Shown piece by piece: positions 48,061 through 62,920 of a stretch of 64,000 bases of DNA. The stretch is from the human T2T-CHM13v2.0 reference genome, Homo sapiens, in NCBI RefSeq assembly GCF_009914755.1, contig NC_060947.1; one strand, given 5' to 3'. The position numbers and the translations under genes were made by a program. A model generated the notes under the pieces. The model was not told the DNA's origin, made no database searches, and saw nothing but the letters and a program-made list of their open reading frames with translations. Each line of letters opens with the position of its first letter. Within the stretch, counting starts at the first letter, position 1.

Positions 48061-49238
48061 TAGTCAATTTTTCATTTCAATCATTGTACTTTTCAGCTCC
48101 AAAATTTCTGTTTGGTTCCTTTTTATGCTCTGTCTTTTAAATTGATATTCTAATTTTGCTCATACGTCATATTCCTAATTTCCTTTAGTTATTTGTTCAT
48201 GTTTTCCTTTAGTTCTGTGAGCATATTTAAGTCAATTGTTTTAAAGTGTTTGTCTATTAAATTTGATGTCTGGACTTCCTCAGGAATAGTTTCTGTCAAT
48301 TTAGTTTGTTTCTGTAAATGGGCCATAATTTCCTATTTCTTTGTATGTTTTGTGATATTTTTTGTTGAAAGCTATATGTTTGAATATCATAAAATGTTAA
48401 GGGGGTACATTAAATTCTCCTTTTTCCTCTGAGTTCGCTGTTTATTTAATTTATGTGAAGGCTATAGTAGTCCATTTGTTTAGTGACTTTCCCAAAGTAC
48501 TTTTAGGAAGACCGTTTTTTTGTGTGTGTAGTCATTGATATTTCTGTTTTTCAGTTTGTGCTCAGCTAGTGTTTTGATAGGATTTCCTTGAATGTCAGGA
48601 ACTAAAAAAAAAAAAAAAATCAATCAAACAAACAAAAATTACCTCCCCCACCTCATCCTTGCAGAATCATTTTGTTCTAGGGCATTTTTTTTCAACACCT
48701 AACTAGGCTTGCACTAAGCATAGGACTCAGCCAGTGGTGAAACATTAGAGTTTTCACATGTTGTTTTTCTGAGGATGTGTCTTGTGTGGAGCATGCACAT
48801 GGCTTTCTAAATCTCCCCATATATGTGGCTTCTTTTGAATGTCCGAATTTCTCAAATAAACTCTCCCCAGCTCTTGCTCTCAGTCCTTAGGTGGTCTGTT
48901 TTGTTTTGATCATAATCTTTTCCCCTGAGATCTGCATATTGCTCATTTTTTCTTGCATTGATTTTGAGCTTGCCATTTTATAGCCTCAGTTCTGAGTGAA
49001 GTGAAACACAGATGAATACTTTATGTCAGTCTTTTAGCCCCAAGGCAGGTTAGAACATACATACACAACAATATGCAAATAAGGTCTGCTCTGTTTCCTC
49101 CAGGATCAGGAACAAGTTTCCCGCAGGAGAATGTGGACTTTCCTATTCAAGACCATGACTGCACTGGAGAGGAGGTGGGGCAAGAGCAAGTAAATATGCC
49201 ATAAAACTTTCTTACCATTTTGAAGTTGCCTTTATCTT

Positions 49239-49908
49239 TCTTTTTTTCAACTTTTATTTTAGGTTCAGAGAGTACATATGCAAATTTGTTACATGGGTAA
49301 GTTGCATGTCACTGAAGTTTGGTGTACAAATGATCCCATCACCCAGGTAGTGAGCATAGTATACAATAGGTAGTTTTTCAACCCTGGCCCCCTCCCCCTC
49401 CCACCTCTAGTAGTCCCCAGTGTCTATTGTTCCCATTTTTATGTCCATGTGTACTCAATGTTTAGCTCCCACTTATAAGTGAGATGTGGTATTTGGTTCC
49501 CTGTTCCTGTGTTAATTTGCTTAGGATGATGACCTCAAGCTGCATTCATATTGCTGCAAAAGACATGATTTCATTCTTTTTTATGGCTGCACAGTATTCC
49601 ACAGTATATATGTATCACATTTTCTTTATCCAATCCACTGTTGATGGGCATCTAGGTTGATTCTGTATCTTTGCTATTGTGAATAGCACTGTGATGAACA
49701 TACACATGCATGTGTCTTTTTAGTAGAATGGTTTATTTTCCTTTGGGTATATGAGACTTCCAGTAATGGGATTGCTCAGTCAAATGGTAGCTCTGTTTTA
49801 AGTTCTTTGAGAAATCACACTGCTTTCCACAGTGGCTGAACTAATTTACATTTCCACCATAAGTGTATAAGTGTTCCCTTTTCTCTGCAACCTCACTGGC
49901 ATCTGTTA
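49239..49908 (-). mobile_element. 5'-truncated old L1PA (PA13-16-like) 3' end
   Basis: ttgttacatgggtaagttgcatg...gatcccatcacccaggtagtgagcatagt. TSD ttgccttt(a/t)tctt. Confidence 0.85.
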
Positions 49909-50079
49909 TTGCCTTTTTCTTTATTCAGCATTTGCTTGGTTGCTATAAACTTTTCATTGTTTTCCAGAGTTTTGAGAAAGTTGGTTCTGTCAGTTTCTGC
50001 TTGATTATCAGTTTCTGTAGGGGAACAAGAGCTTGGAGCTGCCTACTTCACCATTTTGCCAATGTACTACTGCCTCCAT

Positions 50080-50392
50080 CATTTTCTACTGCCTTATCTT
50101 CCTTCTTTATTTTTTTCATTGTACATATTATGACCCCGAAATTAAATTCCAAATGTATTTCTTGACTTGGTAATTGTCTGTTTCTCTCAGTAGAATGTTG
50201 GCTCCAGGAGTACAGGGACTGCATCTGTCTTATTTACCCTTGTGTACCGCTAGAAGTGTCAGGCTGTGTGTGTGTATACACACATATATATTTTGCAGTT
50301 TGTATGTATACACACATATACACACATGTGTGCACACATGTGCATGCACACACACACACATATATATCTCACTATCTACTTTTGAATGAATG
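50080..50392 (+). mobile_element. L2 3' fragment with a TG/CA low-complexity insert
   Basis: tagaatgttggctccaggagtacagggac, terminal tgaatgaatg. Confidence 0.65.
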
Positions 50393-51337
50393 TTATGCCA
50401 GTAGTTCCCAATACTGGTCTGTCATCTTGTGCAAGGGCCTGATATAGTTTTTGCCAATCTGCAGTAAAATGAAGATAAAAAGGACACTGTAGTGTATATT
50501 TGATTTAAAGGCCTCTGCTTTATCTTATTTACTTGCTAATTTGTGCAAAACTGCAAAAGATATGTATAAATCAGGGAAATGTAAATACTTGGATATTTTA
50601 TAATATTAGGAAATTATTCTTAAATTTTTAGATATTCTGTGGTATTATGGTTATTATTATAAAAGAGTTCTTATATTTTAAACACATGAACTCAAATATT
50701 TATGGAGAAAATGGCGTCTAGCATTTGCTTCAAAGTAATCTGGGATACGATGTGTGTTGGGGTTTGAGATGTAAGATGCTTGGCCAGGAGGTGATAATTG
50801 AGAAGCTGGGTGAGAGGTACTTGGGGGTTCATTTACTCTTCTTTCTACTTTTGCATATGTTAAAAATTTTCATATTAAAGATAAATTAAAAAGTTCGTTC
50901 CTTTAATGGGGGATTATGTGTAATTGTCTTTTCTTAAAATGATGGTGATAGAAGGCAGTAGTTTGTTTTTAGTGTCCTTCTTCCGCAATATTTTATCCAT
51001 CCTTTGCAATTTTTTGAAATATTGTTTGGGCTGTGAAGTCCTAAACTCTTGGGACTGTGAACTTGTGGGACTGGATCTGATCACATGAGGCCACAAACAT
51101 TTACTGACAAGATCCTGGGTGCCAGACCCTGTTCTGGACTAAAAATATACAGCGAATTAGACACAGTCCACATTCCTGAGAATTGCTGTAGAAAATGAGG
51201 TAAGAAATGTAAAATCCTTCACACAGTGCCTGATACAGTGTAAGTGCTCAATAAACATTAAGTATCATCATCACCACCCTCACTACTATCATCATCACCT
51301 TCGATATCTTTCCATGTCAGTTTATATATAGCTCATT

Positions 51338-51634
<297 letters not shown>

Positions 51635-51759
51635 TAAACTGATAAGTTTATCAACCATCTCCTGCCCCCACTGATACTTTCAATTTTTCGTTATTGCCAA
51701 CAAATCAGCACGGCTTACACTTGTTCATAAGGCTCCTTGCAGTTTTTTGTCCTCTAGAT

Positions 51760-51910
51760 CTAAGGTTCTTAAAGTGTGGTCTTGAACCAGTTTGCCCCAG
51801 CATTACCCTGGAAGTTGTTAGAAACACAAGTTCCTAATCTCTGATAGTAGATGGGCCACAACAATCTGTGTTTTAACAAAGCCCTGTAGGTGATCCGCAT
51901 ACACTTCTCT
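51760..51910. mobile_element. MER5A-like hAT DNA transposon remnant
   Basis: ggttcttaaagtgtggtc, ttgttagaaa, aatctgtgttttaacaa, aggtgat. Confidence 0.7.
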
Positions 51911-51981
51911 AGGAGTCTTGGATGTATATATATGGAAATGGGATTGCTGAGCCAATAGGATATATACCTTTAAAATAATGT

Positions 51982-52097
51982 TTTTTAAAATAAAATAGAG
52001 AGGGAGGGTCTCACTGTGTTGCCCATGCTGGTCTCAAACTCATGGACTCAAGTGATCCACCCACCTTGGCCTCCCAAAGTGCTGGGATTACAGGCGT
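51982..52097 (-). mobile_element. FLAM / Alu left monomer
   Basis: gggtctcactgtgttgccc...cccaaagtgctgggattacaggcgt. Confidence 0.85.
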
Positions 52098-52199
52098 TAC
52101 ATTAAAAAAAATTTAATAGTCAAAGAGCTCTCCAAATCAGGCACGAACTTTTACTTATATATTAAGGTCTTACTTTGAATAGGGTTACTAAGCCTGCTG

Positions 52200-52950
52200 A
52201 AATAACCCCTTTTCTTCCGGTACCCACTTTCATCCGACGTGCCCCGCCCGCCCGACTCGATTGCATCAGCCTCCTGTCAGCCCCGCCCCAGTGTACTTGC
52301 ACTCGCAAGCGCAGCTGGGTTATCTTGGGACTAGACGCTCACGGGGCGGGGCTTCGATTCTCACTCTTGGAGCGGGGAGGCCAAAAGAGTCGGAAAGGGG
52401 CGTTATCTCTTTCGGAAGTGAGTGGGACAATGGCGAGCAAGCGGTCGTGAGCCTTGAGCTTTGCAGCTTTTCTTGGCTCCCATTTCCTCCTAAAGCCACG
52501 AGTTTACCAGCGTCTCTTACAAGTAGTGTGTCGCCACTTTAAAAAAAACATCAGGAAAGGAAAAGGGAGAACCCCGGAGCCCGAAGCTACGCCCGCCTGC
52601 GGCAGGGGTGCGCCAATTGTCCAGTGGTGAGGGCGCATGCGAACCATTGACAATGACGTAATCTTGCAGCTCACAGCCGGAGTGAGGCTTTCGGGGAGGG
52701 AGGAGCTCCGGTGAGAGTAACAGGGTCGGATTTGTCTGGGCCAGGCCCAGGCTGAGACGCCTACTAGGGGATGGAGGGCCCCAGAAGGAGGGAGAGGGAG
52801 GAGTCTTGGACTCTCTCGGAGAACGAGGCTGGGGCTGGCCACCGAGAGTGGAAGCCGCTGTCCAGAGGTTAGAGCCACCCAAGAGCTGGTAGTCGAGTGG
52901 CCGCCAGGGGGTGACCGTGCCTGCGTACGTCCACAAGTGGGCCCATAAAG
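52200..52950. promoter_or_regulatory. CpG-island-like TATA-less promoter
   Basis: The only CpG-rich non-repeat tract in the window. GC boxes at 52241, 52280 and 52343; ETS CTTCCGG 52214 and CGGAAGTG 52413; ATTGCATCA 52260; CCAAT 52613; NRF1-like GCGCATGCG 52633; CRE-like TGACGTAA 52654. Confidence 0.8.
52665..52716 (+). other. Candidate short first exon with donor CCG|GTGAGA at 52710/52711
   Basis: Lies just downstream of the CCAAT-NRF1-CRE cluster. The start site is inferred. Confidence 0.45.
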
Positions 52951-53829
52951 ACTGGCCCATATATTTTTGAAACTGTTTATTTTTGTATCTGTTTCCTCTT
53001 CTGCCCTGACATCCCAGAGAAAGAGTTGTGGGTGATTGACCTTTGAATCACCAGCACCTCGGGGAGGGCCTGGTACAAAGAAGACACATTTTTAAGGCGG
53101 TTGATTGACGGAAGGAAAAGACTGAAAAAACGAAAACAACAAGCCAAAAACCCCAAACCCAGAGATACCCATACATGACATAAAGTTAAGGCCTTTTTAA
53201 AAAGTAATAATAGAGGAGAAATTTTAAATGTCCATCAGCAGAGCTTGAGGCCATGCAGTTTTTAGGTTGTTGCAGTCAGAGTGTACACACAACCCTGCAT
53301 CCTTAGTTATGGCATAATAATTTTTCTCTGTTGCTATAGAATCTCCACAGCCGTCATCTCTCAGCAATGGTTGTAGAATGTTCCATTAGACAGCTGTGCC
53401 ACAATTCACTTAACCCTTCTCTTGTTGGATATTAAAACTACTTTCTAGTGTTTGACCACCAAAATATATCTCTGCAAGGAATAATTTTGTGCTTAGAGCT
53501 TTTCCTGTAGGAGTAGGGGTGGGTGGATATCGATTTAGGAGCAGAATTACCAGGAAAATGTCATAAACATGTTTTAGGCTCTTGTCGACCCGCTTTCCTG
53601 AAAGGGATCATACCCGTTGACATCAGAAGCCAAGTCCGAAATCAAACCTGGTGGACTCCGGGTCTTGTCTGTCTCCAGGCTGGTTTTAATTTCCGTATCC
53701 TGCAGCAATGCAGAAGTTTATTATTAGTTCTGACCTTTGGGGCAAGGCAAACACACACCAAAGGTTCGGGGACAACTTTAGCAACTGCAACAGCTGACAT
53801 TGTGAGCGGGTGCAGCTCAGGTTTCAAGC

Positions 53830-54165
53830 TTGAGCAACTGGGTTGGATGAACTTGCCTCACTGAGACAGGGAATCTGAGAAGAGGAACAGGTTTGGGAGG
53901 GAGCAGATGAGATCAGTTTTAAATACATTTAGTTCGAGGTGCCTTTGGGACATCTAAAGGGAGGTATCCAGGAGACAGGCATACATACGGATAAACAACA
54001 GTTTTTGCCCTTCTCTGAACTCCCAGAGCTCCCTATCTGTGGATTTCTCATGGCTCAGTTTGCCTTTTACCTTTTACTATCCTCAGAGCTCCTTGAGGCC
54101 AGGATAAGGGCCTCATTCATTTGTGTATCCTTCCTCCCAGTGCCCAGTACAGTGCTTTATACCTA
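53830..54165. mobile_element. L2 fragments in both orientations
   Basis: gaggaacaggtttggg...gaggtgcctttgggacatc and gagctccttgaggccagg...ccagtgcccagtacagtg. Confidence 0.65.
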
Positions 54166-54399
54166 GAAGGCCATAAAAGTCTGTCCTGTATAATGAAATT
54201 TCATTGATTTCTTAATTGGATGATTCCTGCAGTAGGGGTCCTGATCTGGGTGAAAAAGTTTGGGAACCTTAAGAGTTCTGGGAAGGCTTCCTGTAAGAGG
54301 TGGCATAATGTTACCGTGAATAATTATGACTATTTGTTGAACACCTGCCATGTTCCAGTCACTCTGCTGCACACATGCATCAGAGATGCCACCACTATC

Positions 54400-54998
54400 T
54401 TTGATGGCCACTGGCCATCTTTACATCCCCTTCTGGGAGCACTGGCTCTACTTACAGCTCCTACCAAATGATCAAGCAAGGACTAACTATGTATTACATC
54501 CACCCTTCCTTTAGGATACAGCACCTGATCCAAGGCCAGCCCACAACCTGTGAGTTGTATGGCCCAGCTTTAGAAGATGAGGTGGGCCAATCAGATTGCT
54601 CTCTTGGGAATGTGAAATAAGAGATCCAGAGGAGAGTTGCCAGTTAGTTGTGGGGAGCTGAGCTGACAGGTCCAGTAGACCAGGATGCTGGGTAGGTGGG
54701 TGCAGCATTATGAATCAGGTCAAGTGCCTGTTAAAATCCTGGGGGAGCAGTTCAAGGTGGTTGGCTGAATGAGGAAGCTGGGGCAGATGTACAGAGAGAA
54801 GCAGACATGTAGTGCAGATGAATTACATTAATGGTAAAGCTCCAGAGCAGAGGGTCCATGCCTCATCCAGAAATTTCCTGCAGCTCCAGGCTTAATAAGC
54901 TTTATCTGTACTTCACTTCCTGCCCTTGGATTTCTGATTCGTGATCTAGCTTCACTGGGTTTCTGTTCCTTGCATCCAAAAGAGTCTTAACAAAAACA
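54400..54998 (+). mobile_element. Ancient MLT1K/L-like LTR
   Basis: gggccaatcagattgctctcttgggaat, end gggtttctgttccttgcatccaaaagagtcttaac. Confidence 0.6.
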
Positions 54999-55024
54999 GC
55001 CTTTTAAATAGGTTTAATTTAATT

Positions 55025-55150
55025 TGCACTTCGGCCCTCTGAGGTGAGTGTACTTTTCCTCATTTTACAAGTGAAGAAACTGAGGCTTAGTGAGATTAAC
55101 TTGACTAAGGTGACACAGCCAGTGATGGAGCTGGTCTGTCAGATTCTCTT
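55025..55150 (-). mobile_element. MIR
   Basis: cattttacaagtgaagaaactgaggcttagtgagattaacttgactaaggtgacacagc. Confidence 0.85.
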
Positions 55151-55249
55151 AATCTTTTTTTTAAAAGCATTAATATGTTATTTTTATTTTTAAAAATGAC
55201 CACAAGCTTGTCATATAAAAACAAAAGCAATCAATACAGACATAATCTG

Positions 55250-55785
55250 ATCTGAACATCAATCAGCTCCTTCGACTCTTCCTTTCATTTATTTCCTTTC
55301 AATGTAAAGGAATGTAGCTCCAGCTACATTGGCCTCTGTTTCCAGAACACGCCAAGGTTGTTCTCACCTTTGGTCCTTTATACTGAGTGTTCCTTCTCTT
55401 TATTTAAAAAAAAATTTTTTTTCCTTCGCCAGCTTTAAACAGAGAGTCCCTTCTCTTTGTAATGCTTTTCCCCTTGCTTTTCCAGTGGCTGGCTCCTTCT
55501 TGTCATTGTCTTCACTCAATTGTCACTTCTTCAGAGAGGACTTTGCCAAACCACGCAGTATGAAATAGCCCACACAACTCTTGGCCCCACTGCTTTCTGT
55601 CATATAAACTCCTTTTTATTCCCTGCATAGCCCTTGTCACTGTTTGAAATTGCGTTGCTCATTTATGTAATTGTTTATTGTCTGCCTCCTCTTCAGAAAT
55701 GAGAACAGAAGCCTTATCTGTATCCTGAGGATCTAAAACTGCTGGTATGTAAGTTCAATCAATATTTGTAGAATAAATGAATGTA
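55250..55785 (+). mobile_element. L2 3' fragment
   Basis: tgtcacttcttcagagagg, end caatatttgtagaataaatgaat. Confidence 0.7.
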
Positions 55786-55799
55786 TAAACTAAAAACAA

Positions 55800-58505
55800 A
55801 GTTCTCATCCAATGCTTTTCTCTCCTAATACCAATCTCCAGAGACAGTAACTGTTAACAGTTTTGTCTACATCTTCCCATTTTCCATGCATATACAAACA
55901 AGCATGTATCTTTCTGCATAAAGATAAATATGAATATATGCTTTTGTTTACACCAATGAAAGTTCTATAATTGCCTTTTTCATATAACACTTAACATCTT
56001 CCTGTACCAATACATATACATCTACCTTATTAAAAACAAGACAAAACAAATTCATATTATTACAATGTATGGAGTTACCAGAATTTATTTAATTGGATGT
56101 CTTTTAGTGGTTATTTTTTTCTAATTTTTTGTTTTTATGTGTTGTAATATTGAAATAAATATTCTTATTATATATGTATTTGCACAAATGTCTCCCACAC
56201 CCATTTGTTGTCTTTTGTCTTTGCTTGTGGTATATGCAAAGATAAACTTTGTTTAAACTTATATGGTTAGGTTTACCAATCATTCCCTTTATGGTTTTTG
56301 GGTTTTGTTTTCTTTTTAAATAATTTAATTTAATTTTAATTTTTATGGGTACACAATTTAATTTTTATGGGTTGTACATGCCTATGGGTTACATGTGATA
56401 TTTTTATACCTGTTTATGATGTGTAATGATCCAGTCAGGGTAATTGGGATAACCATCACCTCAAACATTTATCATTTCTTTGTGTTGGGAATATTCCAAA
56501 TCTACTCTTTTAGTTATTTTGAAATATACAATAAATTATTGTTAACTATAGTCACCCTATGGTGCTACCAAACACTAGATCTTATTCCTACCATCTAACT
56601 GTATTTTTGTACCCATTAACCAACCCCTCCTTATCCCCACCTCTCCACTACCCTTGCCAGCCTCTGGTAATCATCCTACTACTCTCTACCTCCACAAGAT
56701 CAGTGTTTTCTTAACTCCCACGTATGAGTGAGAACATGTGATATTTGTTTTTCTGTGCCTGGCTTATTTCACTTAACATAATGTCATGCATGTTGTTATA
56801 AATGACAGGATTTCACTCTTTTTGTATGGCTGAATAATATTCAATTATGTATATATACCACATTTTCTTTATCAATTCATCCGTTGATGGACACTTAGGT
56901 TGATTCTGTGTCTTGACTATATTGAATAGTGCTACAATAAACATGGGAGTGCAGATATCTCTCCAATATACTGATTTCCTTTCTTTTGGATGTATACCTA
57001 GCACTGGGATTGCTGGATAATATGGCAGTTCTAGTTTTAGTTTTTTGAGGAATCTCCAAACTGTTTTCCATAGTGGCTGTACTACTTTCCATTCCCACTA
57101 ACAGTGTACAAACATTCTCCTTTCTCAGCATCCTTGCCAGCATCCGTTATTTTTTGTCCTTTTGAGAAAAGCCATTTTAACTGCAGTGATTACAAATACT
57201 TTACCCACTCCAAAATTATGTATTAAAAATGATTCATCCATGTTGTCTGCTAGTACTTTTATGGTTTCAGTTTTACAGTTAAATCTTTGATCTATCTGGA
57301 ATTTATTTTGGGGTAGGATTTAGGACAGGGATCTAGCTTCTTTTCCTTTCAAATGCTAAGTCTACTGTCTCTGTACCATCTATTGACTAATAATTATTGA
57401 CTCATTGAATTGGAATGTCACCTTTATCAAATATGGAGTTTTCATATGTGCTTTTGTTTATTTCTGCACTATTTTATTCTATTGATCTGAATGTCTGTGC
57501 CTGCACCAGTGCCACCCCATTGTAATTAATGTAACTTCAAAATATATATCTTCATATCTGGTTGGGCAAAGCCTCTTTTGCTTCTTTTTCAGAAAATTTC
57601 TGCCTGTTTTCACATACTTATTCTTCCAGGTGAATCTTAGCACACATTGTGAAAGTAAAAATAATATAAAATTGCCTATTGACATTTTGACCGGGATTAT
57701 ATTGAATTTATAGGTTAATTTAGAGAAAATCATTGTCTTTTATAATATCGAATCTTCCTATTGGAGAGTAAGGTATGGATTTCTAGTTATTCAATTTTTT
57801 ATGTTAGTAGAATTTTAAAGTTTTATTTTTATATGTTTTATGTGTTCCTTGTTAGGTTTATTCCTATTTTAGTTGCTATTGTGAAGGGGATATTTTTCCC
57901 TTATCTTTTTGAACTGGTTGTGGGAAAGCAATTACCAGTACGTCACTAAATCCTATTATTGTTTTTAATAGGTTTTCCATAAATTTCCTCAGGCTTTCAA
58001 GTTACACAGCTATGTCATCAACAAATAGAGATTATTTTGCTCCTATAATAGCTATCCCAAGTTTGTGCCTCATTTAATTATCTTGTCTAATTGTGTTATG
58101 TATTGCCTTCAGAATAGTAATAGTGGTGATAATGGGGCTTGCACCTTTTCTCTGACTTTAATGGAGAGTCTCACATTTCATTATTCAGCATGATACTGGT
58201 TTTCGGTTAGAAATATAGAGTATAAAAAGTATGTCAAGAAAGTATCCATTCCTAGATAACTAAATCAGAAATACATCTTGAATTTTGTTAAATTCATCTT
58301 TTGGGCATCCATTGAGATGACCGTGTGGGTTTTTTCATTTGACCTATTAGTACAATGAATTATGTGTATTTCCTAATATTGAATAACTCTTGCACTCTTA
58401 GAATGGACCCCACAGTTTTTACTTCTTCAATTTACTGCTGAATTCCATTTGTTAATATTTTATTTATTTTACATCAATATGTATAAGTGAGATTTGTCTG
58501 TGGCT
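55800..58505 (-). mobile_element. Very old L1ME-like segment with a younger L1MA 3' end inserted at ~56320-57190
   Basis: ORF 56813-57004 ([21 protein letters not shown]), flanked by diverged antisense ORF2. Confidence 0.75.
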
Positions 58506-58561
58506 TTCTTACATGTGAACTTTGTTCGGAGTCCATGCATTTCCCAAACTGTTTTTTGTAG

Positions 58562-58725
58562 TCCCTGACCATTCAAGGACTGAAGATGTGCCTATATTAA
58601 GGGAGGACTCCACTGAATGCCAGCCATCCATCCCTTCCATGTTTCTTTGCTGCATATTATCGTTTCTGAGACATTTTATATGCTCCTTGGATATCTATGG
58701 GAATAAACATCATTAATTGTAAATG
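58562..58725 (+). other. Candidate terminal exon
   Basis: Acceptor ctgttttttgtag at 58560-58561, non-repeat-looking sequence, AATAAA at 58702-58707. Confidence 0.35.
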
Positions 58726-59074
58726 TGGAGATGCTAGCACAGATTGTTTAATCCAAGTAGACTATTTAAACAAACTGCAGTGGAATTTACTGAGAAATGA
58801 TAAATGATGGCTATTCTATTATTTTATGTTTGTTCTTTAAAAAATCAATATTGTTTATAAAGGTAATTATTACTTTGTATTAAGTGATTAATACAGTATT
58901 AAAGGCTCTTAATAAAAAAAGTCAGCCTCCATCCTATCATTCCACATACCCTATTCTTCTTTCCATGTCAACAAATGCAGTTCTAGCTGTTTCCCCTCAT
59001 ATTATGTCCATATTTCTATATAATGTGCATATATTGCTATTTATTTATTTTAAAATAATAGACTTCATATTTTA

Positions 59075-59394
<320 letters not shown>

Positions 59395-60306
59395 GAATGG
59401 AAAGTACAGAGAGTTCCTATATGACCCCTCTCCCCACTCCTCCCTGCCCACCAATTTCCCCTTTGATTAATATGTTGCTTTAGATATTTAGATTAAAATA
59501 TTTTAGATATTATTTTAAAATATATTTTAAAATATTTAGATATTTAGATCAAAATGGTATATTTTTTATAATTATGAGCCATTATTGATACATTATTATT
59601 AGCTAAATTCCATAGCTTACATTAGGGTTCATTCTTTGTGTTGTATATTCTATGGGTTTTGACAAATGTATAATGACGTATCCACTGTTATAGTGTCAGA
59701 GAAAATAGTTTCACTGTCCTACAATCCCTTGCGATTTGCCTATTCATCCTTCTCTTCCTCCTCCAGAAATGCTGGCAACCACTGATCTTTTTACTGCCTG
59801 GAAAGGGGAGTTTTTGCTTTTCCCAAAATGTCATATAGTTGGAATCACACAGCCTTTTCACGTTGGTTATTTTCACTTAGCAATATATATTTAAGGCTTA
59901 TCAATGTCGTCTTGTGGTTTGGGAGCTTATTTCTTTTTATTGATGAATAACATGCCATTCTATGAAGGTACCAGAATTTGTCCACTCATCTATTGAAGGA
60001 CACTGTGATTGCTTCCAAGTTTTGGTAATTCTGAATAAAGCTGCTGTAAATGTTTCTGTGCAGTTTTTGCATAAACATAAATCTCAATTCATTTGGGTAA
60101 ATATCAAGGAGTGCAATTACTGGATCATATGGTAAGAGTATGTTTAGTTTTGTAAGAAAATGCCAAACCATCTTCCACAGTGGCTACACCATTTTGCTTT
60201 CCTACCAGCAATGAATGAGAGCTCCTGTTGCTCCACATCCTCGCCAGCATTTGGTGTTTTCAGTATTTTGAATTTTGGCTATTCTAATAGGTGTGTAGGT
60301 GTGTAG

Positions 60307-60654
<348 letters not shown>

Positions 60655-61839
60655 TGATGTTGAGCATTTTTTCATATGCTTGTTTGCCATCTGTGTATCT
60701 TTCTTGGTGAGTCATCTCTTCAGATCTTTTGTCCCAATTTTAATTGCTTCCTTTTTTTTATAGTTGAGTTTTAAGAGTTCTTTGTATATTTTGGATGTAA
60801 GTTCTTTATTAGAAGTATTTTGCAAGTATTTTTTCCTAGTCTGTGGCTTTTGTTTCATTTTCTTTACAGTGTCTTCCTGTGTCTATGGTTGAATATATGT
60901 TATTAATTTTGAAAAATTCTCAATCATTATTACTTCAAAGCTTTAGTTTGTCTCTTTCTCTATTTGCCTTTTGGTATTCCCAATATGCATATGTTACCCT
61001 TTTTGTAATTGTCCCACAGTTCTTGGATATTTTGTTTCATTTTTCTAATTCCTTTTTCTCTTTGTATTTCCATCTTGGAAATTTATATTGGCATATCTTC
61101 AAGCTCACTGATTCTTTCCTTGGCTAGGTCCAGTCTATTGATGTGCCCATCAAAGGAATTCTTTATTTCTCTTATGGTGTTTCTGATTTCTAGCATTTCC
61201 TTTTGATTTTTTTTCTTAGAGTGTCCATCTGCCTGCTTGCTTCACCTATCCATTTTTGCATATTGTCCACTTTTTCCATTAGAGCCCTTAGCATATTAAC
61301 AGTAGTTAATCTAAAGTCCTGATCTGATAATTTCAAAATATCTGCCATATCTAAGTCAGGTTCTGATGCTCACTCTGTCCCTTCAAACTGTGTTTTATTT
61401 TTTAGTATGCCTTGTAATTTTTTTGTTTAAAGCTAGACATGATGCAATGGATAAAAGTAACTTGGTACTGGTTCCAGTGGTAGGCTTCTGCTCCAGTAAG
61501 CTGTGATTTTCTGTATTTGCTTATAGCTCCAATTTTTGGAGTAGCAGTTTGCCCTGTGACCTCAATGCCTTGATAGACCTAAGAAGAGTTGTTTAGTTTC
61601 AGCTTGTTCAGATTTTTTCTTATTGTGAGGACAGAGGCAACAACTTCCAAGCTCCTTCTGTGTTGGACTAAGAGTTCTTACTTATTTGTTATTTGTTAAC
61701 ATCGTTTATTTTAAAAACAGCTTTATTGAAGTATTATTTACATACATTTAACTGCACCCATTTAAAATGTGCAATTTCATCAGTTTTAATATATATATCA
61801 TAAGACAATCACTATATTTAAGATAAAGAACATAATTAT

Positions 61840-62130
<291 letters not shown>

Positions 62131-62594
62131 AAGATAAAGAACATAATTATTATTTCTCAAAATTTCTTATTTCCCTTTGTAAATCTTTCCTCTTGCTCTA
62201 CTACACTTTCCCAAGGTTTATTAATTTGTTTTCTGTTACAATAGACTAGTTTGCATTTTCTAGAGTTTTATAATCTGGATTTTTTCATTCAGTATAAATA
62301 TTTTGAGATTAATTGAGTTTGTTGTGTGTATAAATAATTCATTTCTACATATTACTGAATAGTATTCCATTGTATGACCATACCAAATTTGTTTACCCAT
62401 TCACTTGTGGATTGATATTTAGGTTGTTTCTAGCTTTTGATTATTACAAACACAGCTGTTATGAACAAGTGGACATTTGGTGGACATTTTGTGGACATTT
62501 GGTTATTTCTCTTGAATAAATTCCAAGGAGTAGAATGGCTTGTTTATATGGTAGGTGTATGTTTCATTTTTAAAGAAATTATAATTCTTACATA

Positions 62595-62918
62595 TAAATA
62601 CAACATTCTCCAAGATGGAGTACATGTTTGTCACAAGATGGGTCTTAACAACTTTAAGAAGATTGTTATCATACCAAATATCTTTTCTGACAATAGTGGA
62701 AGGAAATTACAACTCAGTAGCAGTGGGAAATCTGGAAAATTCACAAATATGTGGAAACTAAACAGCACATTTTTGAAAAACCAATGGGTCAAAGAAGAGA
62801 TCCAAATTAGAAAATATCTTGAAACAAACAAAAATACAACATACCAAAGCTTATAGGATGCAGCAAAACCTATACTAAGAGGTAAGTTTATAAATACCTA
62901 CATTAAAAAAGAAGAAAA
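62595..62918 (+). mobile_element. L1 ORF2 fragment (end of the endonuclease domain)
   Basis: Peptide IIPNIFSDNSG..WKLNSTFLKNQWVKEEI in ORF 62437-62856. Confidence 0.8.
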
Positions 62919-62920
62919 GA

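Noticed and set aside
52175-52960. 91-147 aa ORFs across the CpG island
   Set aside because: Expected from stop-codon scarcity in GC-rich DNA. No recognisable domain.
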